Positions 49,235 to 57,006 of a stretch of DNA of 64,000 bases are shown here, piece by piece. The stretch spans positions 8,779 through 72,778 of the forward strand of contig JAFYHG010000018.1 in NCBI GenBank assembly GCA_017539265.1. The letters are read 5' to 3'. The first letter of the stretch is position 1, and every line of letters starts with the position of its first letter. Both the position numbers and the translations under genes were made by a program. The stretch comes from Alphaproteobacteria bacterium (GTDB lineage Bacteria; Pseudomonadota; Alphaproteobacteria; CAAHEQ01; UBA3637). Under the pieces are notes generated by a model, which was not told the DNA's origin, searched no databases, and worked only from the letters and a program-made list of their open reading frames with translations.

Positions 49235-52200
49235 TTAGAATCCAAAAGTCACACCGACTTTGTAGGACACGCTGTCGTTGCCACCATAGGCAGCACCGGC
49301 GTTCAACAATGTCCGGTCGTTGAGATAATGGAATGCACCAACAGCCAAGGCTTGGTTGTTCTTGTATCCGCCCAAAGCCGCACTGACTTGCGTTTTGTGG
49401 ACATGATCCAGAGGAACAAGACCTGCCAAAGCGTTGTTAGCAGCTAACCCGTTTTCCATCTTGGTTTCTAACTTGTTGATACGGCGATCAACGCGGGCGA
49501 ATTCAGCACCCAAGTTATCATTCAAGTTGGTCAAGAGGTCAGAAATGCTTGACGGATCACCAACGGCTTGTGCACCAACAGCACCACCATTAGCTTGTTC
49601 TTTTCCTTTAAAGAACTTTAAGTTCTCTAAAGAAGACAAATCGCCAACAGTTTCATCAACGGCTTCAAAAGCAGATTCTGTAGCTGATTCTAACAATGCA
49701 ATTTGGTTATCTGTGTAAGTATTAGCATTGGCCTCAGCTGTATCAGCAGCACCATATGCATCATATGTATTAGCTGCAATAGCACCACTGATAGATGTAA
49801 TCTTACCATCTGTTTCAACGATGTTCAAAGACAAACCATCAGCACCTGCTGCTTGTGATACATTAGCATCTAAAGCATTAACTTTACCATCTGCGTAAGT
49901 CTTTGCATCAGCCAAAGCATTAGCAGCAGCACCATATGCATCATATGTATTAGCTGCAATAGCACCGCTGATAGCTGTAATCTTACCATCTGTTTGTGTA
50001 ATACTTAATGATAAGCCATCAGCACCGGCTGCTTGTGATACATTAGCATCCAAAGCATTAACTTTACCATCTGCGTAATTTTTGGCATTGGTTTCTGCTG
50101 TATTAGCATAACCTTTTGCTTGAGTATTCACATAAGTAACTGCTTCTGCAAGAGAACCAACCTGTTCGGTTGATACTTCTAAAGCGGTACGCATTGTATC
50201 CAGATTACCGACACGGCTATCAAGACCTTTGATTTGTCCATCTAAAACAATGTCAGCACCTGTCAATGTTGTTGCAGCTGTCAGGTAGTTTGTATCGGCG
50301 TATTCGTTGTTAACTGCATTCGAATTGGCCGAAGTAATACCCAATGTGTTATCAACCCATTGTTGTTTCTCGTTGAAGATAGCTTCTGCTTCTGTCCGTG
50401 TATAGACATCTGCGAGATTTGCTTTGTTAGCATCCAAAGCATCCAAAGCACCACGAACTGTTGTCGTTGAGCCTTCGCCTTGCTTTAACACAGAACCGTC
50501 TACAGCTTCTTCATCCGCATAGTTAACATCACCGATGGTGTCATTTGTGCCTTTGATTTGCGCATCCAAAACAATGTCAGCACCTGTCAAGGTTGTTGCA
50601 TCCGTCAGGTAGTTTGTGTCGGCGTATTCGTTGTTAACTGCATTCGCATTAGCCGAAGTAATACCCAATGTGTCATCAACCCATTGTTGTTTTTGTGCAA
50701 AGATAGCTTCTGCTTCGCTTCTGACACCGGCAACAGCCGTTGTAACAGCGGTATTAATCTTGCCATCAACAACTTTGCCCAATGAATCATCATAGGCCGC
50801 TACACTAGCCTCATGAGTAGCTGTATCAGTTGTGAAGTTAGTATTAGCTGTTTGCAATGATCCTTCCCAATTATTCAGGTTAGTTACTGTTGCTTGGTCA
50901 GTCGCCATGGTAGTAGCAATCTTATCCTTATTTGCAACGCTGTCATCATAGTAACCTTTTAATTCGGATTGTCTATTGGCCAGAGCCGTTACATCAGATT
51001 CGTAAGCATTAACTAGGTCTGCTTTGATACCTGCTGTAGTTGCATCATCTGCTGATACTGCTGTTCCATTTTTCTTTAAGACATAGCCATCTTCTGACGC
51101 TTCGATGGTATAATGGTCACCTGCAGTATTCGTCAATTCATAATTGGCAATATCAACACTTCCAGTTCCTGCGCTAGATGCAGTGATATCAAGTTTACCA
51201 CCTAAATCACTCGTCTGAACTGTATCTGTTAATTCTGCAACCGCTGTGCTACCTGCGACAGAAGTAGAATTACCATCTTTATCATATGTGACATATGTAT
51301 AATCATCGGCAGTCAGAGTACCACTATCATAGGACAGGTCGGCCACAGCAGAAATACCATCTACAGTAGCAGCTGCAGAAGTTGCAGTGTAATCTGCCGA
51401 TGTATAGGAAGCACCAGCGACTAAATCTGTGGGATTACCTTCTGGATCTGTAAAGCCATAATCCGCGGCATCCGGTGCATCACCAGGAGCGTTTGCAGAA
51501 ATGCTTGACACTTTATCAGACAATGTCTTCAAAGCAGTGTCCAAAGCGGTATCAGCACCCGTCAAGGTTGTTGCAGCTGTCAGGTAATTTGTTCCGGTGT
51601 ATTCGTCGTTAACTGCATTCGCATTAGCCGAAGTAATACCCAATGTGTTATCAACCCAGGTTTGCTTTTCGTTGAAGATAGCTTCTGCATTATCCCATAA
51701 TGTTCCCAAAGCGGTATCTGTATAGTTTTTCGCATAAGTCTTTGCATTTGCTTCAGCTGTATTCGCTTTCGTTGTTGCATCAGTAGCAGCGGCTGTAATC
51801 GCTTCGGATTTAGCAGTAGCAGCAGCACCATAAGCATCATATGTATTTGCAGCAATGCTACCAGAAATACCAGTAATCACACCATTTTCTTGAGTGATGC
51901 TCAAAGCCAATTGACCATTACCTGCGGCTGCAGCTTGAGTTTCTGTTGCATTCAAAGCATCAATTGCATCACCAACTGTTTTGCTCACAGAACCATCGCC
52001 TGTACCATTCAAGGTAGCAATAGCGCTCTCGTTTGTTGTGATTTTACCTACAAGAGTAGAAGTAATACCAGAGTTGACGGCAGCTAATTGTTCTGTTCCC
52101 AATTTTGCTTGGTATGTATTCGCCAAATCTAAAGCATCAATTGCATCACCAACTGTTTTGCTCACAGAACCATCGCCTGTACCATTCAAGGTAGCAATAG

Positions 52201-52726
52201 CATCTGCATTGGCTTTAACCTGTGTATCCAATAACTTATCTGCGCCAGCCATTGTTGTTGCGCCTGTCAGATAATTTGTACCGGTATACGCATTTGTTAC
52301 CCCAGTTGTTCCGGTGGATAAATCAACGCCCAATGTTTTCTGGGAAATGACACCACCTGTTAATTCTACAAAATCACCAACAGCAGTATTGACAACGGCA
52401 TAATCACCAGCATCTGAACTACCCGCTAGCAATTGTGCTAAAGCATCACGAGTGTATTTGGGGTGAGCCGCTGCAAAATCTGCATCAATGGTGTAATCTG
52501 TTCCACCAAGATTTGTAGTGTAGGTGTCTGTCCCCGTTGTGATGGCTGTATGAAAATTAGTTAAGTTTGTTGCAACTGAAGCAGTAGGGTCATAAGCCTC
52601 ATCTGCTGCCTTTGCACCTGTGGCAACGATTAAGCCCACTGCAAAGGCATTAAGCAGAAAACATTTCTTCAAAACACTACGGTATCTCGCAGAAAGTTCT
52701 CTGATTGTTGTTTTTGTATATTTCAT
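49235..52726 (-). CDS. Trimeric autotransporter adhesin (YadA-like), 1163 aa, island-encoded
   Basis: It has a signal peptide, a Thr/Ala/Gly-rich passenger domain with long internal repeats, and a C-terminal anchor (ALGGYKNNQALAVGAFHYLNDRTLLNAGAAYGG...VGVTFGF) homologous to the C-terminus of the 1-2417 gene. Confidence 0.8.
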   Translation of the reverse strand: MKYTKTTIRELSARYRSVLKKCFLLNAFAVGLIVATGAKAADEAYDPTASVATNLTNFHTAITTGTDTYTTNLGGTDYTIDADFAAAHPKYTRDALAQLLAGSSDAGDYAVVNTAVGDFVELTGGVISQKTLGVDLSTGTTGVTNAYTGTNYLTGATTMAGADKLLDTQVKANADAIATLNGTGDGSVSKTVGDAIDALDLANTYQAKLGTEQLAAVNSGITSTLVGKITTNESAIATLNGTGDGSVSKTVGDAIDALNATETQAAAAGNGQLALSITQENGVITGISGSIAANTYDAYGAAATAKSEAITAAATDATTKANTAEANAKTYAKNYTDTALGTLWDNAEAIFNEKQTWVDNTLGITSANANAVNDEYTGTNYLTAATTLTGADTALDTALKTLSDKVSSISANAPGDAPDAADYGFTDPEGNPTDLVAGASYTSADYTATSAAATVDGISAVADLSYDSGTLTADDYTYVTYDKDGNSTSVAGSTAVAELTDTVQTSDLGGKLDITASSAGTGSVDIANYELTNTAGDHYTIEASEDGYVLKKNGTAVSADDATTAGIKADLVNAYESDVTALANRQSELKGYYDDSVANKDKIATTMATDQATVTNLNNWEGSLQTANTNFTTDTATHEASVAAYDDSLGKVVDGKINTAVTTAVAGVRSEAEAIFAQKQQWVDDTLGITSANANAVNNEYADTNYLTDATTLTGADIVLDAQIKGTNDTIGDVNYADEEAVDGSVLKQGEGSTTTVRGALDALDANKANLADVYTRTEAEAIFNEKQQWVDNTLGITSANSNAVNNEYADTNYLTAATTLTGADIVLDGQIKGLDSRVGNLDTMRTALEVSTEQVGSLAEAVTYVNTQAKGYANTAETNAKNYADGKVNALDANVSQAAGADGLSLSITQTDGKITAISGAIAANTYDAYGAAANALADAKTYADGKVNALDANVSQAAGADGLSLNIVETDGKITSISGAIAANTYDAYGAADTAEANANTYTDNQIALLESATESAFEAVDETVGDLSSLENLKFFKGKEQANGGAVGAQAVGDPSSISDLLTNLNDNLGAEFARVDRRINKLETKMENGLAANNALAGLVPLDHVHKTQVSAALGGYKNNQALAVGAFHYLNDRTLLNAGAAYGGNDSVSYKVGVTFGF

Positions 52727-53005
52727 TAACTATACCTTTCTTTTTAATATTAAAATTAAAGTTACGAGGAGTTCTCTTTTTCAAAACCCTCGTCCGTCAT
52801 CTTACACAAATGTTCCTTTATGAAATGATTTGAAGAAAAGTGATAAAAATAGCATACTTTTGTCTTATATATTATTGTATTTTCAATATGTTATATTCAA
52901 TTTTAATTTTTTTAAAAAAAATGTTAAAAAATGTTTGCAATTTAAGGAACTATTTTTTGCATATGAAATTATCGGCAATAAATAACTTTAACAAAAGGAT
53001 ACAAA

Positions 53006-53617
53006 ATGGCAACTATCGCATATATCAGGGTTAGCAGCGATAAACAAACCTGTTCTAACCAACACTTTACGATTAAAGAATACACAAAATCTCACAATAT
53101 CCACATTGATAAATGGGTTGAAGAGACTATTTCCAGCAAGAAACCTTTGGAAAAGCGGGAATTAGGCGTATTATTAAATAAAATGGATAAAGGCAGTTTA
53201 TTAATTGTAACGGAAATCAGCCGTCTTGCCCGTAATCTATACGAATTGGCGGGCATATTGCAAAATGCTATTAAGAACGACATTACTGTTATTAGTATCA
53301 AGGAAAACTATCAGTTCAAAAATGATATCCAGTCCAAAATTATGGCATATACTTTTGGGCTTGCCGCAGAAATTGAGCGTGATTTGATCTCAACCCGCAC
53401 TAAAATGTCATTGGATAAATTAAAAAAGCAAAATGTTAAATTAGGCAGACCATTCGGGGCGGAGACAAAATGTTTAAAACTATCCAAAAACCGCAAGAAA
53501 ATAAGGGAATTATTAGGAAAAGGTGTCAGTCAGGCCAAAATATCCAAAATCCTTGGCGTCCACCCGACAACCATGTGCCGGTTCTTGAAACGAGTGGATG
53601 TGTCAACCTGTTCCTGA
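53006..53617 (+). CDS. Serine recombinase (resolvase/invertase family, Hin/Gin-like)
   Basis: It has an N-terminal catalytic motif (IAYIRVSSDKQ), a small resolvase-type catalytic domain and a C-terminal HTH (GVSQAKISKILGVHPTTMCRFLKR). Confidence 0.8.
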   Translation: MATIAYIRVSSDKQTCSNQHFTIKEYTKSHNIHIDKWVEETISSKKPLEKRELGVLLNKMDKGSLLIVTEISRLARNLYELAGILQNAIKNDITVISIKENYQFKNDIQSKIMAYTFGLAAEIERDLISTRTKMSLDKLKKQNVKLGRPFGAETKCLKLSKNRKKIRELLGKGVSQAKISKILGVHPTTMCRFLKRVDVSTCS

Positions 53618-53852
53618 TGGGAATGTTCCTCGCCAAAAGGCGGCTAACCACTTTGTTTTTGATCTTGTATGACGGCATCAGGCAGTTTAATCCCACTTAT
53701 TATACAAAAGCCCTCTATTTTAATCCCAAATAAAAGGAATCTATTATCAAATTCACCTCTATAATAGTTCTATTTTATTTCTATTATAATTCTATTATAG
53801 GAACAAAAAACACCCAGATAGGCCTTGTGTTTATTGGCGTTTCTCAAATTGT

Positions 53853-54060
53853 ACCGAACATAACAGTCTCCGCTACCGAACATATGGGCACCGGGAGCGA
53901 ACATATGAGCATCGCTAGCGAACATAACAGTCTCCAAAATTGCCCAAACCGAACATATAAGCATCGCCCCCCTAAAAAACGAACATATCAACCTCTAGCG
54001 AATAATTTTTTTGTAAATCGGTGAAATCCATCATCGAGCGAATAAATACCCCTGTAAATC
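53853..54060. repeat. Iteron-like direct repeat array (six (C/G)CGAACATA units at 21-31 bp spacing plus two degenerate GCGAATAA units)
   Basis: The repeats begin at 53853, 53875, 53897, 53918, 53949, 53979 and at 53998 and 54046. They are preceded by an AT-rich block of TCTATTATA/CTATAATAG 9-mers at 53750-53800. Confidence 0.6.
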
Positions 54061-54076
54061 AATTTTAGGAGGTTTT

Positions 54077-54589
54077 ATGAGTAAAAGTAAATCAGATTTG
54101 TCCCTCACAAAGCGTGTGTTGTTGGACTTTGTAAAATTTAAGACCCAAAACGGGCATCAATTCTTTGCGAGCAACGAGTATATTGCCAAAGGTTTAGATC
54201 TAACCGAGAATACTGCCAAGACATTTGTTAATGACCTTATAAGAGAAGGATACCTTTATAAAGAGATAGATAAGAGAGGCATGAGAATTTTATCCCTAAC
54301 CGGTAAGGAATACAAACCATTGTTTGAAGATTTGAGGAACTTTGATAAGAAAGTACTTAAAGAGGACAGAGATAACTTTCAAAGGGATAACAAATATTTG
54401 AACCAACAGTTAGAACAGGAAACAGCATATAAGGAACAACTATTAAACGAAAATACAGATTTAGTCCTTTCCAATGCTGAACTAACCCATCGTGTTCAGG
54501 AACTGGAAAAGAGAGTTACTGCTTTGGAGAACATCTTTTATAAAAATGGAATGACAAAGGAACAACTGGAGGATTTATTGAATAAATAA
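54077..54589 (+). CDS. Winged-helix DNA-binding protein with C-terminal coiled coil (candidate iteron-binding Rep/regulator)
   Basis: The N-terminal 85 aa are wHTH-like. The C-terminus has a heptad leucine pattern. A strong SD (AGGAGG) precedes it, directly downstream of the iteron array. Confidence 0.45.
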   Translation: MSKSKSDLSLTKRVLLDFVKFKTQNGHQFFASNEYIAKGLDLTENTAKTFVNDLIREGYLYKEIDKRGMRILSLTGKEYKPLFEDLRNFDKKVLKEDRDNFQRDNKYLNQQLEQETAYKEQLLNENTDLVLSNAELTHRVQELEKRVTALENIFYKNGMTKEQLEDLLNK

Positions 54590-54632
54590 AAATGTGGGCA
54601 TGCTTTCAACCACACTTCATAAAAATACACCC

Positions 54633-55022
54633 TCAACTCTCGTTGAGGGTTTTTGCTTGTTTCTGTTGATCCAATGCCCAATCCAGAATCTGTTTCCTTC
54701 GTTCAAAGGCATTCTCTTTCGGGAACTTTTCTTCATAGCGGTCAAGCATAGCGTAAAGCAAAAGTGAAGCAAACGGATTCTTGTTAAATGCGGCATAATC
54801 CCTGGCAGTCCAACCTCTATAATCCATATAATTCGGATTTGCTCCATGTTCCAGCAGATATTCAACAACCGTCAAGTCACCCGATAGCATACAACAAACT
54901 TGAAGTATTGATGACAATTGAGTGTTTATCGGTTGATTGATATCATCCAGTAGCGACACAACATACTTAACATCCTCAATTGTATCTACAAATACTTCAT
55001 CTTTATCTTCCTGATTTTCCAT
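54633..55022 (-). CDS. Ankyrin-repeat protein (short)
   Basis: It has an ANK-like unit (VVEYLLEHGANPNYMDYRGWTARDYAA). Confidence 0.5.
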   Translation of the reverse strand: MENQEDKDEVFVDTIEDVKYVVSLLDDINQPINTQLSSILQVCCMLSGDLTVVEYLLEHGANPNYMDYRGWTARDYAAFNKNPFASLLLYAMLDRYEEKFPKENAFERRKQILDWALDQQKQAKTLNES

Positions 55023-55606
55023 TTTTTGCCTCCGTTCTTTTGAAATCTAGTAAAAATTTAGCAACTGCCTTTTGATATTCAACCTTTTCCGGTTCTAGTA
55101 ACTCTTCGTATATATCTAGCAATTTCTCCAAAGTATCCTTTAATTTATCTTCGGGCGTATGCCTTAAAGTGAACTGAACCGCTTTTAATAAAGACATTCC
55201 CAACATTATTGCTCCTTTTCATCTCTGATGATCTGCTCCATGCATATTTTCATGGCATTTAATATTCTTTCTGCTATCATTTTGACTCCTTTATTTTAAT
55301 TCAAGGATATTTATCGGGGCGATTTCAAAATGGAATCATTTTCAAAAAACGAATCCTTTTTGAGCCGATTTGGGGGATTTTAGATTATTTTTGAAGAAAT
55401 TCCCCGAAAAAACATTCAAAAAAATACCCCCCTTTTTCATTTTTTTTACATCAATATCCATCAATATCGCCATTTTTACATCAATATAGATTCCCTTCAA
55501 AAAAAAGTTATTGCGGCAATTTTATTTCTGGATATTCTTTTGCTTACCAATGCGGGGTGGTCTCGCAAAGGTGCCAACAATCTAACGAAAAGAAAGGAAA
55601 TTAAAA

Positions 55607-56113
55607 ATGTTAGAAAATACAGAAAATCAAACCATGGAATCCTTTATGAGTTCCTTTGGGATTGTTCCCATGACAACCATTAAGGATGAAGGATTGCTTT
55701 CATTCGACAATTGCAAAGACAGAATTCTGAAAATGATTGAATTAAATATTCAGAACTTTAAGAACAATCTTTGGAACGAGAGAAATTACATGATGAAGAT
55801 GCTGGTTGACCTTGATCCAAAGCGTAATAAATCCATTTGCACAGTCCGTTTAGGCGGCAAAAGGGTTTATAAATGCAATTGTGAAACCTTAAACACACCG
55901 AGAAAAGTTGAATTTTTAACCAAGTTCTATGAAGGCGTTTCCAGAGGGTTCTTGGATAAAAAGATTACGGAATTCTGTGAACGACAGGTTGCTTTGGCAG
56001 AAGACCGTAAGAAAATCCAACGGGAAAAGCGTAAAGCACAAAGAAAAGCAGATCGTGAAGCCTTAAAAAAGCAAGAGGCTGAAGTGCAATCACATCAGCC
56101 CCACATTGCTTGA
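55607..56113 (+). CDS. Hypothetical protein with basic C-terminus
   Basis: It is a 168-aa ORF whose C-terminus is Lys/Arg-rich (KKIQREKRKAQRKADREALKKQEAE). Confidence 0.4.
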   Translation: MLENTENQTMESFMSSFGIVPMTTIKDEGLLSFDNCKDRILKMIELNIQNFKNNLWNERNYMMKMLVDLDPKRNKSICTVRLGGKRVYKCNCETLNTPRKVEFLTKFYEGVSRGFLDKKITEFCERQVALAEDRKKIQREKRKAQRKADREALKKQEAEVQSHQPHIA

Positions 56114-56356
56114 TTATTTAACAGAGAGTGGAAAACTGGAACTTTTTCACTCTCATAACCTAACAAAAGGAATTATACTATGACTGAAATTAAAAGTCAA
56201 ATAAAAATGCGTGATGTATTGCGGCAACTCCATCAACCGGAAGAGGTCTACAGGGAATATCTTTATAGTTCTGAAGATGAGCAAAGATTTTTAGAACATG
56301 TTGTGGACACAATTTTAACCAAGGGCTATATGCCGGCATAAGAAAGGAGGTAAAAG

Positions 56357-56926
56357 ATGAAAAATATTGAAGAGATGACCTTAAAAGAGGCAATAGACGA
56401 ATTATCAGAAATGCTTTTGGATTACTTGCCGGACAATGATGATAACGACAGATTTGAGGAACTATATGAAAAAATTAGAGAAGAAGTAGATGATATAGAT
56501 GTTGATACAAAAGATTTTATAGCACATGTGGAGTTTTATCCACTTGATGGAGATGAGATATATGAAACAGACACCAATATTATCTCTGGAGATTTTTTTG
56601 ATTGGCGGCATTCAAGTGACTTTGGTCCGCCAGCAGAAGCATGGCTCGCGGTTTTTAATGCCAGTCAGTGTTCACTTCAAAAAAAGTGTGCAACTTATCC
56701 TTTGGAAAAGATTCAAAAAGAATTGACAGATGATGTGTTGCAAAAGGTCTTCAAGGGACATGGTTTAGTAGATTTTAGATACCTATTGGCAAATCCTCGT
56801 AAGGATGTCGTGGGATGGGCATTGAAGCACAAGTATGAACTTAATTTCAGAGGTATACCACCAGAGTTCATAGAGGAGCGTCAGGCAATTCCTGAACTAA
56901 AGGAACTTATCTTAAAGACCTTATAA
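56357..56926 (+). CDS. Hypothetical acidic protein
   Basis: It is a 189-aa ORF with an Asp/Glu-rich N-terminal half and a good RBS (AAGGAGG). Confidence 0.4.
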   Translation: MKNIEEMTLKEAIDELSEMLLDYLPDNDDNDRFEELYEKIREEVDDIDVDTKDFIAHVEFYPLDGDEIYETDTNIISGDFFDWRHSSDFGPPAEAWLAVFNASQCSLQKKCATYPLEKIQKELTDDVLQKVFKGHGLVDFRYLLANPRKDVVGWALKHKYELNFRGIPPEFIEERQAIPELKELILKTL

Positions 56927-57006
56927 AAAAACAGAGCAAATTCCATAAAGGGCTTGACATTTGCGACCTGATCTGATCAGATCGCGATCCTTAAAAGGGA
57001 GAATGA

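Noticed and set aside
50558-52274. Several 60-97-aa ORFs on both strands inside the island TAA gene (50558-50785, 50605-50793, 51580-51855, 51890-52087, 51981-52274).
   Set aside because: They are embedded in the 1163-aa adhesin ORF with its biased composition, which gives no support for independent genes.
52744-52935. Additional short AT-only inverted repeats (for example ATTAAAATT / AATTTTAAT) in the TAA upstream region.
   Set aside because: They are low-complexity A/T sequence. Such matches are expected by chance, so only the 9-bp TTAAAGTTA/TAACTTTAA pair is reported, with caution.
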